From the NCBI RefSeq assembly GCF_002105155.1, contig NW_019028996.1:124001-188000 (forward strand): a stretch of 64,000 nt of DNA, given 5' to 3'. Of the stretch, positions 12,146 to 25,289 are shown piece after piece; position 1 is the first letter of the stretch, and the number at the start of each line of letters is the position of its first letter. Both the position numbers and the translations under genes were made by a program. Under the pieces are notes generated by a model that searched no databases, was not told the origin of the DNA, and worked only from the letters and a program-made list of their open reading frames with translations. Source of the DNA: Lobosporangium transversale. Taxonomy: Eukaryota.

Positions 12146-15109
12146 ATGGTCGGGTTATTGGCCCTACATGTTTTTAACACCTTGAACCATGAATATTTAG
12201 TACAACAGAAGCTAAAACTTCCGGCCTATTGTAATTTGTGGTCGCTATCGTATGGTCCTATTTTAATATAGATACCTTTTATAGACTCACTCATACAATT
12301 ACTTGCGACTATTTCTGCGTCTTTGCTACAGCTGATCATATATTCATGGAAGGTATTTCCTACGGGCTGAAGTATTTCTTCCTTTTTCTTTCAATAAAAG
12401 CAGGGGATTGAATAATAAAGTTGGTCAGGATATAGGCATGAAAGGATCATGCTATTCATCTCTGTTTTTATTTTGCTTACTCAATACCTGTAGGGCCTGT
12501 GGTCCATGATTGTGGACCGTAATCTTGTAGATCGTATGACGAACGAGCTTGCACATTCCAAAAACTTTGATGAGTGGCTGGCCAGAGCCACCGAGCTTGA
12601 CATCCTCACTGGGTCTGATGTATGGCGTAACAATCACCGATCCAATATCTATGATTACAACTTGATTCTCTCACGGAGACATCACCTCAAGCTTGTTAGA
12701 GAGTCCAAAGATGTTTCAGCCATGATGTACCTACTCCGTTCCGGACTACTCCGGAACTTGGGTGGGATTACAGACCCACGACTCTTTTGCCACTCTTATC
12801 TAGGCACGAAGCATTTGATCGAGTCGTATATGGATGAAGTAGTCTCACAGCTTGAACATGTAGCCGAGACTAGCCACGCTACACTCTCAAGACAGGCAAA
12901 AATAGATTTTTTCATGGAAACAAGACAGAGCTTTGGAAGTTCTGCGCTTCTACTTCATGGAGGTGCTTCATTTGGTAATGACAACGACTTTGGACCAACT
13001 TGTTTCATGCTTAAACCTATTGTACAAAAAAAAAACTGAATGAGTGATTACATGCTGAGCTGCTAATAGGCATGTACCATTTGGGTGTGGTCAAGACTCT
13101 ATTTGAACATGGACTTTTACCTCGCATCATTAGTGGTGCTTCCGTGGGTGCCTTGGTGGCAGCATTAGTTTGCGTCAAAACGGATGAAGAATTGCCTGTA
13201 TGTTTGCAACTCAATATCGTTTGTTTTAATTAGCCTTCATGGCTTGCTTAGTTGGAAAACCAAGAAAAATCAAAATGTCTAAAAAGTATTTATATTTGCA
13301 TGTCCTTATCTTCAAGAGTATTTTCGAGGAAGGCGGCATTGATCTCCGGGCATTTCAGCGTGTTGGAGTCAGGGGTAACCTGAGCCGAAAGATCACGCGT
13401 CTAATGACTGAAGGTATGTGGACGTTGAAAGCTTCAATTCTCGTAATCATAATTACATTGTCCGTTCGACTAGTTAAAATAAAATTTTATTATGGCATAT
13501 AGGATATCTTATTGACATCAAAGTTTTACAGGAGTGTATTCAGACCAACGTTGGAAATTTGACATTTGATGTATGAGTATCCTTCATGGCAAGTCTGATA
13601 TAAGTAAAAAAAAATGCTTTGGAGATTAACCTACCTCGGATAATTATTTACTTCGGATACCCTCCTAGGAAGCATTTAAAAAAACGAAGCGTGTCCTCAA
13701 TATCACGGTGCCCTCATCACGGAAGTCTGAAGGCCCAAAACTTCTTAACTACATCACATCCCCTAATGTTGTAAGTATCATGATTTATTTCCCCCTAATT
13801 TTACGACTGATATTCTCTGCTCAACACCGTGGGACTTATATCACATGTACTATACACTATATTACCCATAGCTGATTAGTAGCGCAGCGTGCACGTCGGC
13901 TTCAATGCTGGGATTCTCTTCTGCTGCGGATCTTCTAGCTAAGGATAAATCCGGTCGAATTATTAGATGGACTCCATCAGGTATAAACTAGCCTTTTAAT
14001 TACAACATCACTGTGGCTTTGCTACTAATTTAGTTCCGTGATCCTGAACGAGATTAAGTTAATATTAATATTTAACATTTTGTGATAGCCGTTAATTACA
14101 CAAACTCCACTACCCCTTCATTCTTTTCATATGGGGCAGTAAGTCCCGAGACGCCCCTAACCAGACTTTCCGAGCTGTTTAACGTCAATCATTTTATTGT
14201 CTCACAAGCAAACCCTTACATTGTCCCATTCCTATCACGCGGTTTGAAGGATCGAAAGTCTGGTCGATCTGATCGGTTTGGTTACTCTGCAGGAATGATG
14301 GAGCGGATTGCAAGAGTCATCTTGGAGGAGATTAAGCATAGAATGGGCCAGGTAAGGATTCAAGCTCTCAAACCACTATAACTGCAATATATGTGTATGT
14401 AAGGTTGGTTAATTGACAACTCACGTCGCTCCCACGTATCCAGCTGAACCAAATAGGGATTCTTCCTCATCTTTTCGTGCAGCTAGTGGAGGAAAAGGTA
14501 TCTGGAAACGTTACAATCGTCCCTGAAGTCCAGCTTCAGGACTTCTTGACCTTGATCTCAAATCCAACCCACGAGTCAATTCAGTACTGGATTCTCAAGG
14601 GTGAGCAATCGACTTGGCCCTTCTTGTCAATGCTCAAATACAGGCTGATGATTGAACTTGCTTTGGACCGAATTTTATTACAACTAAGAGCCGAAGCATC
14701 TGCTTCAGCCATTCAGGCTGGGATTCAGGGACAACAATACTCTATTGGGGTCAGAAGTGCACACCATCGAAGGCAAAAATCAGGACCAAAGCGATTAACA
14801 CCTCACTCAGCTTCACCGGCCGTCACCAGGCGTGGGAGTAGTGCTAATATTGTCGGAGCCATGACTGGAATAGGCAACGGAGTTGGGAATGATTATGTCT
14901 CACATCGACTAATCCGTATGACCAGCAATGTACAGCCAGGAGAGCATGACTACCTAAGCATGAGTCAACTCCATCAGCAAACGCAACGAAGTGTGCAGCA
15001 GCGACAGCAAGGTGACACACTGCACGAGCATCATGAAGAACCTGGCTCGCCTGATCCGGGGTACCCTGTTCCACTCTACGACTCCAAACGGTCAAAATCC
15101 ATGCATTAA
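12146..15109 (+). CDS. TGL3: Patatin-domain triacylglycerol lipase, TGL3-like, multi-exon
   Basis: N-terminal WLARATELD...LRSGLLRNLGGI...GTKHLIE, RQSFGSSALLLHGGASFG/MYHLGVV, lipase motif GASVG, RLSELFNVNHFIVSQANPY, GEQSTWP; many GT-AG introns. The start (ATG micro-exon at 12146) is inferred. Confidence 0.85.
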
Positions 15110-15518
15110 GTCAATTCTCACCACTCTTGCCATCAGCTTTACGGATGATATTATGATGTACCATCTTTATTTTTCTATTTTACATTAAGGTACAGGTTGA
15201 GCACAATACTCAGTATATTCATTCTTTAGATCCCTACACCTGCTCTGGAATGGCCCATTAGTAGAATACATGGTTCTTCATTATTAACTTTATAGATCCC
15301 TCCCCTTGAGTTCAATCCACTGATGTTGATAGTCTCATCAAATGACAAAATGCATGCACCGAAAGGGGGAAAAAATTATAAAGAAATGAATATAATACAA
15401 TTCAAACATGCGCAGGATTAAACGAGAATAGCAAAGATATACAAAATAGATATCCGAATGAGAATAAAGAGAAAGAAAAAAAAATTGCTCTTCGGGTCGG
15501 ATTCGAATGTCATGTTAT

Positions 15519-17909
15519 TTACGCACTAGCCAAGGTCACTGTGACCAAGGAGCCTTCAATTGTTGTCCTAGAAAGTGATAGAGATAAAGCGAACGATATA
15601 GAAAAAAGTAAGTGTTTTGAATGGGAGCGTTTCCTGGATATTGACTATATTTGTACATTAAAGCAGCAATCATCTCAATTAACATATCAAACCTATTAAT
15701 CTGTCTACGGAAAAATTTTGCTTCATCCATCGAGCCAAACCCGAGGGTCACAGTACGGTCGGTTTTCTTAGCAATGCTCTATATAAAAGTAAAGAAAAAA
15801 GAAAAAAAAAAATCAGTGAAATTTGCATAAATGCGTTATCATGACAATGAACTTCAATTCAAGTCTTACCAAAACGCGGCGGACCCCGGGAACGTCGCTG
15901 GCTAGCCTCCGAATCGAGTCATCTGAAAATGACTCAGGCACATTCTCCATCTTGACAAATCCTCTGGGAACACTGTCTCCCTGTGCACCATTTGCTTCTA
16001 TATCTGATTCCCGTGATGAATCCGACGGTCCTTTCTTATCTCGCAAGAACGATACAGATCCTGCTTCCTTTTCAGTAAAGGCTCCTGACCGACTCTGCTC
16101 GCTGCGAGGCGTGCTCCCTCCGCTAGATTTATGAGCCTTGTACGCATCGTTCAAATTTTCACCTGAGCGCTTCAAGCCCAATCTACTGTTGATAGAACTA
16201 TGACCTCCTCCAGATTGAACAGACTGGGGCGATCGACTTCTTGTTCGTGTATTTAGTTGTGATTGGGCAAACAAATCCTTACGTGGCTCCAGATGATTGG
16301 AGCGATTGCCAAAAGATCCACCTTCCTTTCCTCTTTCTTGTTCTGAAGGACTATGTGAGTCGCTGATGCCTCGGCTTTCGTAATCTCGACGTCCTAATCC
16401 CCCTCCCGAAGTTGAGCTACTCGGTTGATCGCAACTTCCTCGATGTTCGTCCTATATCCAAAATCGATATGCGTGATCATATCAGTATGGCCGTAGGTGA
16501 AGAGTAATGCTACGATATAGATAAGTAATTAACTTACGGAACGTCCTTGATTGCCATCATGTCGATCATTATCACGTCTATCGCGCGATCCTGAACGGAC
16601 CGTTGAATCAGATGTAGTGAGGGATTTGTTTTCCCATGATCGCAACTGCCCTTTACTAGACTCGTCATAATGGGATCGCAGATTCTGAGATTGCTTATGT
16701 ATTTGCGGCTGTTGGGAGCGATCTCTTGCTACAATGCCTCCATTTCCGACGCCACTTAAACCCATACCCATGCCTGGGACTCCAGGAATCCCCACACGGT
16801 TCTGAAAGTTCGGATTAATGTGGATCGTCCTGCCAGGAACAGTCATGCCAGGTCGTGCATTCATACTACCCATATTCTGCCCGGTACCAAAAGGATGCAT
16901 CATCCCTTGGTTGCCAAAACCACTATTACGAGTATCACGAAACGAAAAAGAGAAGTAAACACGTTTCAGATCGTGTTGGGAATAACATTATTGATCATAA
17001 ACTTTTTTTTTTCTTTTTTTTTTTTGAATTATTGAAGATAGGCGCTTACCCAGAGAAACGAGGACCATTCATGCCCAATCCCATCATATGCATATTCATG
17101 TTCATCCCCATATTCATCCCCATATTCATTCCCATATTCAGGTTCATGCCTTGAGCCATAGCTTGGTTGAGGGCTATACCATTCATGGGCATGTTCATGC
17201 CCATCATAGACTGATGTCCCATACCACCGCCGCCTTGGTAGTTGCCGCGTCCAACCCCCATAAAGTTTCCACGGCCACGCATATTTACATGTCCTCCTCG
17301 TCCAAATCCTCCCCGCGTCGATGCGCTCGAGTGCGATGTATTGCAGTAGGGACTGCTACTGAATTGTTTGGCACTATCTCTGCTTATGGTTGAATCAGCC
17401 TTGGATTGATTGCTTTGGCCCTGAAGACTTCCCGGGGATCCATCGGTTCTCCTGTTACCCTTGTTGTTAATATTGCCGTTTTGGATACTAACTTGTGCAT
17501 CATTAGTATCAGTATTAGCGATACTGTTACTTGTAGCAGAGGATGATGATGACGCATCTACAGCACCTTCTATCTCGACTTCAGTCTCAGTAGCACCATC
17601 CCTGGTTTTTTCCCCTTCTGCAGTATCATATGGGTTGATATTGTTGCTGCCGTCAGGTACGGCCATTTGGTTGGCAATATTCGCTACATCTGAAGTTGAC
17701 GCCGTAGTAGCGGCGATAGTAGTCTTGACAGAATCGGGTGAGAGATCATCATCAATACTGAAGTTGTATTCATCATAATTTTCGACTGCCTGAAATTCAG
17801 AATCTGGAATCTCGGTGTCAAGATCATATGAATCGCCGTAGTCGAGCAAGTCATCAGTGCCATCATAAAGATCTAGCAGATCCTTATTTTTGTCCTCGGT
17901 AGAAGACAT
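15519..17909 (-). CDS. Low-complexity putative RNA-binding protein (acidic N-terminus, RGG boxes, M/G/N repeats, RS-like tract, C-terminal RRM-like domain), multi-exon
   Basis: ATG 17909; RGGFGRGG...RGRG; (MGMN)n; C-terminal GFVKMENVPESFSDDSIRRLA...VTLGFGSMDEAKFFRRQINR, then spliced last exon RTTIEGSLVTVTLASA* with stop at 15521-15519. Confidence 0.7.
17085..17150. repeat. 12-bp coding tandem repeat (CCCATATTCATY)n encoding MNMG repeats
   Basis: Several near-perfect copies directly visible. Confidence 0.8.
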
Positions 17910-18401
17910 GGAAATGTGTTTTTTATTTTTGAAATATAGAAATGTATTCTTGAGACAGTTAAGCGTGTGAGCTGATTAACCAAGAAAGAAGTCGAATGAT
18001 TACAATTAGGGAAGTACGATTCAGACAGAGGTTGGTGGCTTGCCTTTCCTAGGTCAGTGCCAATGTGGGGGAGCACTTCTTAAAGTAGGCTATTCACTAT
18101 GTACAATCTTTAGATGAACCTTCTATGTTAACTTTGCCACGTTCGGCATCCGGACACATGATGCTCATAAACTAATTAGGGCATGACCGTAACCAATACG
18201 TCAACTATGCGAAAGGTTTTTCTTCTGCCCTCAGTAAATATGTTTAAGGTAATCTTCAGCTCCATAAACAAAAAACATGTGTATTATTTTGTTCAGCAAG
18301 GAATCCAATAATATAGCCTTAAGCTGATCGCGACGCGAAAATAATAATAATAATACCGAACTTCAGTGTCTGGGTCGAAACCCAATACTGTGCAATGACA
18401 A

Positions 18402-18453
18402 ATATATATATATATATATATATAATATATTCATGTGTGTACATATATATATA
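18402..18453. repeat. (AT)n microsatellite, imperfect
   Basis: atatatata... run visible. Confidence 0.8.
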
Positions 18454-19057
18454 CCAATGGTCAAAGCTTTATCAGGGGCGAACTGCGACACTGACTGAAG
18501 CAACTAAACAATCTGGAGATAGAAATAAGCTTTGAAAGGGATATGGTTTAAGACAGAGAATTATGGATCATTTTGCTCAAAACAAGACGAATAAGCCAAA
18601 AATTAAAGCATATAAAAATAAGGATGCTCCCATCCATTTAGCAATTTATCCTTTGGAGCCTATTACTGAAGATATCAAAGTGCTGTAAGCAGCAGGTTCT
18701 TTGAGGCTTGATTAAGAATCGAGTGCGTGTAAAAAAAAAAAAAAAAAAAAAACTAATAAGCATTTCTGTTGGTAGGATTGTTTATGCACGATATAATCAG
18801 TTCTACCTCTCGAATAGGGTAAGATAGATTTAGATCCAAGCTTTGGAGTTGTGTGCACAAAATGCTTCGAGTCGGAATTGAAGCGGTCATGTGGCAATAT
18901 GGGTCAAAACCCCGATTGGAAGCAAATCTGGCAAAAAGCGATCGTCGTTGAAAATTTGACCGAACAAAGGGATTCCTTGTACTCCCAATCCATATGAGAC
19001 ATGAGGCCCCCTCTCCCTTCTTTTTAGTGCTTTGGAGTTTTAGTTATACACAATGCA

Positions 19058-19091
<34 letters not shown>

Positions 19092-19738
19092 ATGAAGTCG
19101 TTCATATCCAAAATATCTATTCTCTGTGTGCGAAAATGTACATGTTATGTGGGAGAGTGGGAGAAGAGAATTTGCACGTTCCGCGGAGTAAAATTGAACA
19201 CCAGCTCACTCATCAATTTAAACATTACAGCCTGTATCCTCATACCCAAGACTTCTCGCCTAAAAAAAAAACTTTTTTCAGTTTCCTTATCATCAAGCCT
19301 TCTTTTCTGCTCATTACTGTAAACCATTTCAGGGTCTCTCTCTTCCCTTTTTTCTGCCCTCCTCGCTCTTTCTCTTGCTCTTTCTCTTTCCAAGCACCTT
19401 CACAATCACTCCCAATCCTGACTTTTCCCCTGAGTCTGATGGCGCACTATGCTATTACAACAGTGATATAGACATTTTCTTCATCTTATTTTCCTCGTCG
19501 GATTTTCAAAGACATCCACTCCACTGCCTCCCTCCATTGCTGCCAACCGTTCTCTATCCTCTTTGACAGCAACAACAACTGCGCTGATAGACATCATCAT
19601 CCATCTTCTATCCCTTCTGCGGTTGATTTGACGTTCTGAGGCATTTATTTAGGTCCTTTCATCCTCTTGTCCTTTTCTCCCCAAACATACGCTCTAGCCC
19701 TGGTCAATAAAATCAAACCTCCTCAAAATTCTGCAAAC

Positions 19739-22554
19739 ATGAATACCTCACAAACTTGTGACGACCATCCTTCCGCCTCCCCCAATTTCAGGTCAGAATA
19801 CGAAGCACCCTTCGCGCCATGCACCCGTCAATCTTCACTTTCGCCTTCCCCACCTCCCTCGCCCATACATAATACATGGTCCAGTAACACGTTGCCACAT
19901 AAAGACATCTCCAGTCATCATGATGATACATTTCGTTCTATACTCAGAAGTCCGCGAGTAGCAAAGACAAGCTCTTCCTCTATTTCCTATCATCGCAATC
20001 ATCACAGCTATAGTCACTCTGATGGATCTCCTTACACCATCAATCATATACACTCCAACCCCGAGCCACCAGCTCGATCAGCCTCCTCTACGTACAGATC
20101 CTCTCCATATGCTTCTCCACGGATTAACAATCGACTACCGTCCGTGATTGATAGGATGAAGGCTGACTTGAAGCCCCACCATCGATCTTCAGCAAAAACT
20201 CCATCACGACCATACTACCACCATAATCAACACTACCCAATGTCTTCATTATCGACCGCAGACCCCAACTATCGCCATCCCTCTCCTACAGTCCAAACAT
20301 TGTATTCCGACATGAAATCTAGAGACAACTCTTTGCATCCCGTACCGGCACGAACTCTTTTCAGGAATGAGGTGACCCAGAGAGCTTATTCAGGACAGAG
20401 CTCGCAAATGAAAAGGAGTTTTGAAAGACTCCAGCGGATGGATAGTGGTAAAGTCGAATATCGGACTATTGGTAAGTAAGGCTGTCATTAAAAATCACAA
20501 GTTTGGAATGGAGGGCCACTCTTGCGCGGGAGTATGTTTGCTGTCTTTGACAATGGTTGCTTGATTTTCGATTTCTGTTTGGTTGTGTTCTTTATTCACT
20601 TGGACCATGATCCTTGACAATTTCAAGTCTGCACTCTGAGTGTGGCGTCCTTTTTTCCCGTACATGCACTCTTTTTTTTTCCGTCGCCAAACATGCATAG
20701 CGCAATGACCGCGCATGTTACGTATTCTCGCCCATTCTTTCACTTTGTGTGTGTATGTATAATACATGTAGAAGTATATTTACATGTATCTCCAGGCCAA
20801 GGAAGTACACCATTGCCACAAGGGGCAGTGCTTCCTTCTTTTTTTTTCCCCCCCTCCCGCAAGCTTCTAATTCTATGCGTCATTTGTGCACCCTATTGAT
20901 AGCATTCTGCACACACCTGACCATATCTCGTTGGGAACCTCCCTTACCTACATCCACAGATGGTTCTACTGAGGAAGGGTCTAGTTCAGCTACATCATCA
21001 CCTGAAGCTGCAAGAAATAACCCAGCTCATGCGGCCCGCCTATTGACTCTTGCAAACTATATCAGTCATATCCTATCCCTAACCGCAGGAATCCCCAATA
21101 AACAACCACATTCGGCTGTAGCCCATCAACCCAAGCCAGAGCAGGCGGTAGCAGGGAACAGAATCAACTCCACTTCTTCTTCCAACTCTGTCTCTGTAAA
21201 TGTCTCGTCTGGTAGGACAAGCATATGTTAATCTGCGATCTGTCCAACATTTGCAGCCGGATGAACTACGATACTAAAGCGTTTATCCGAATCTCTCCTA
21301 GGCCCTGGACCCATTAAGTCTGAATCAGGTCGACAACACCGCTACTCACCCGATTACCATCACCATTTGATCCGACGGAACGCCCATCATCAAGCGCTGC
21401 AACCAATGAGAGGTCATTCTGGACTTCAACAATGTCCTCAAGATGAATCAGTGATCTATCCATATAGAAACGAACCATCATATGAACAAAGCTATCAAGA
21501 AGGACCTCATGTCTTTGATCAACGGGCACGCTCTTCCGCACGACAGGATAGACATGAAAGCATGAGTCGAGCATCGTCACAATTTCTTTCGCACCAAGCT
21601 CGACGTCCGAACTACGAGCATGAGCCTCAATTTCAAACGGGTCCACCACGGGATCCGCCGCCATTACTCAGGATTCCTTATCCAAATCTGACCTTGACCC
21701 TTGCTCTTATTTACGTGGATAGACTCAAAGCAGTAAGATTTTTTTTTGAAGCAACACTTGGGTATGCTTCTAAGACCATGACACCCAGTTAACTCTAAAC
21801 AATTTCATCCTTGTTTGTACGATAGAAAAATAAGGATGCCAAAGGCGAGGCTGGATGCTCGCATCGCCTGTTTTTGGTAGCCTTCATAATTGCAGCCAAA
21901 TACCGTTGTAGCGTTGAGCTGGCGTCCCCTTTAACTCAAGATATGGATGGCTTCAACCAAGAGCATGGCAGCTATGGTCTAGAGCCATCAGTCGACAACC
22001 GTGATAACGATAATGAATACTTTGTAGATGGGCCACTGAGGCCGATGTCTGGAGTTTCTACTGCCTCAACAGAGCAAAATCTGGAAAGATCGAATGCAGA
22101 ATTAATCTTCTCTAATGACGCATGGGTTCGGCTTTTGAACCTTGGATCTTTCTATCGACAACCAATACCTGCCAGACCGACTGCTAACTCCAGAAATCAA
22201 GGGTCATATCATCATAGTCATCATACTCAATCCTCTGGGAGCCCTAACTCCCGAGCATCATCAGAACAATCAATGCTTGGACAGCCTTCGCCTAGTGCGA
22301 CGTCTCTTCGAGTAAGAACGCCTTCTGATCTGGCCACTCAAGCCCCATTCCATGCTCAAACATCGTTTCCGTCGAACTCTTCGATCATCAACGCCACCAA
22401 CGCGTCACCTACAGCAGCCATGTTACAAGTGGAGGATTTAGATAGAATGGAAGCTGAGTTCTTGACCTTTTTGAACTACGACCTTGCGACGATGAGTCAT
22501 GACTTGGAGACATGTTGGAACTTGCTGGTGGGGAAGAAGGAGTCTCGCCCTTAA
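19739..22554 (+). CDS. PHO80/PCL-family cyclin-like protein with long disordered insertions, multi-exon
   Basis: LTLALIYVDRLK, GEAGCSHRLFLVAFIIAAKY, FSNDAW, VEDLDRMEAEFLTFLNYDL are cyclin-box motifs of the Pho85-cyclin family; introns near 20472-20903, ~21212-21257, 21733-21825. Confidence 0.8.
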
Positions 22555-25289
22555 TTATTAATAATAGCAACAATCAGATGTACTCCATGGTCACATAAAA
22601 TAAACATATACACAAATATTAATATTATTATATACATATATATATACCGTATTCACTGAAAACAGGCAACCCAAGCAAAAAATCCCGTTCAATACTATCA
22701 AGGTTTTCGTGCTACCGTAATCTGCATGCATGCTCTGGAGTGTTTCCTCGTGGTCGAATGATCACAAAGTAGGTAAGCAACACCTTCAAGGTCCTTATAC
22801 ACACCCTTATTCATATTGGAGGCTCAAACTTCAGTACGCAAGGGAACAAACCTTTTTTGTATTCCGGTCGCATGAATTCAACATTTGGTAAGTGCTCAAT
22901 ATATTCGAACGCCAATGGCAATATATAAAAAAGTTTCCATGCAATTTTGAAAGGAAAGTGGGTGAAAAAACCCAAAATGATCGATCGATCGGATAGCTGA
23001 ATATACTATTTTGATCGAATAAAGTGAAAAAAGGGCTTTTTTTATGTGATATACTGCAGAGGAAGGACCAATCTGGCAGTTTTGACCTGTTACTTTTTAT
23101 TCGACAGATGGCTATTGGTGCAAAAGTATTTAATGATTATTAAAGTGGTGGTCATATTAGAGGTCCAAAAAAAATGTTTTGATTCTTTCGTAACCCACAA
23201 AAAACGATGGAAGCGGAATAGTTCACTAATTGTTAATGCGCCAGAGTTGCTTCGTGCTCGTTGTCACGAAGGCGAAGAAAAGGATATGGCTCATGATCTC
23301 CATCACTAAGAATAGGATGAGAACATGGAAAATATCTGTTCTCTGTCCTCCATAGTATCCAGATCCCATCCACTCTCACACAATACGTTGATACTCTAGC
23401 ATTTTATTCGGCTTTCCCTCGTGTTTATAAAGCTATCTTTTAAACATTGTCCACTGCACTGTCAAGTAAGATATTGAAGCACAGAATCCCTAAAGGACCC
23501 TCTTCGAAAGAGGAAAAGAAGGCACACCAGAACGTGCAAAGCTTTGTCTCGACACGCTTAGAATGTCCTCAGGACTTAGTGAAGAATATGAACAGCACAC
23601 TGCTAAGAGTAGGAAACTATTTCATGATAAGAACATCATCACTTCTTCCTACATACTGGGGTTTATATTTCCGTCCTAGGACCCATACCTAATTATAAAA
23701 CTATTAAATCAAAGGAAAGGGCGAGTGGATATCGCAGAACAACAACTGGAATTTAGAGTCTGTATTGAGCTTATTATGGTAGCTCTAGTATCCCTCCTAC
23801 TTTAAGACCACAGTCAGGTAATATTCATATAATGCAATCAACAATTGCTTCGAAGCTGCCACAGGAACCTTTAAATCGAAAAACAAAATAGCCGTTAACA
23901 TCGTCAGGCCACATAGACTTATACGGGCCTTGATCACTTGCTGTGGCAACTCACATTATGGCCTGCAGCATGACATCCCGTCTGAGTGGTCATATCCTCA
24001 AAAACTGCAGTCCAAAAGGATCCATCTTTCAATGCCTACCGTACCATGGGTCATTCTTCTGTCCAGTTGCCTCTCCTAAGCATTTCTATCTACTCTTTGC
24101 AGACATACGCTCTCGATAAGCCATATGCTTCATGCTCTATTGTGCCGAATGCGATTCCTTAACGCATAGCGTGACTGATAAGGCATCCAAGTCTTTCGAG
24201 GTTCAAGTCCAATAACTTAGCAGCACGAGCCAAAGGCTGAGGTTAGTTTGAAGACCGCATTTGTACTTTGCATTAACTCATTTTTGCACACCATGTCAAC
24301 TAATTAGTTCCAAAGTCCTCAACGCCTACTAAACCGTTGGCTGTCGCAATGGCAGTAGCCTAGTTTGGCCTTGATAGACGAAGGTTCTTGAGGATGAACT
24401 GAACCTTTCTTTGCTCACGATCTTGCTGGTAGTCTCCTTATGATCCGGGCACGCCTTGGTAATCGCAGTGTAATACAACTGTAATGTGCGCACAAATACC
24501 AAACTAGAAAACGACCCTTTTACTTATATAGCTTTGAGATCTATGAGTGGAGGAAGCAATCGTCGTTGTGGACTGTGCTATGCTTGTTTTGCCATGTACC
24601 AGCTACCTGCGTCTTAAGACGAGCTGTGGTAGCCGCATAGGTAACCATACCATTATTCGTACATGCCGACGACCCAGCTGGTGTCGGCTATGTACGCGAG
24701 GCTTCAGTATCCAGGACGACGGTAAGAACAAATAAAAAGCCACAGAAAATGAAACATATCGATGATGGTGATCGAAAGTTTTTTCTTCTCTTTTTTGTTA
24801 CTCTCTCAGCACTATTCAGTAGGTATACAACTTTTTGTTGTTCTCTTCCTGACAGTCTGCATGGATGCCATTCCTAAGCCTGAAAATAAATATGTCAAGG
24901 AACAAAATGTGTGCACTTCCAACTATACTATTATCCTTGGTTGTGAAGGACCATCGCACCCAAAAGGATATCCTAATCCGTAATCAATATAACACGCAAT
25001 TCTGCGTCAATATGTGAGATAAAAAACCCTTGTGTAAATAGCATTGTACAAAATACATGGTAGTTTGCTCACAGCTCAACAGTCACCTTATCAAATGACC
25101 AAGATTAAGACAAGCAAGTTCGTTCGTGTTTGACCATGCTATATCATAGTGGTGCTTCAATATTTCTTTATAAACTCCATGGAGGACGACACATTAATAA
25201 ATAAGACGAACAGAATGCAGAAGTCAAGCAGATGTTCATGATAGGAAGCTTTCAGGCGACAACGCCAGTTCCAACTTGACTCTGCTAAA

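Noticed and set aside
23880..24730. Coding-like degenerate sequence with LYCAECDSLTH (plus strand) and AAGHNV (minus strand), reminiscent of a TnpB/Fanzor C-terminus
   Set aside because: Motifs are on opposite strands, short and surrounded by stops; no RuvC motifs or element ends. A tBLASTn/HMM search would be needed.
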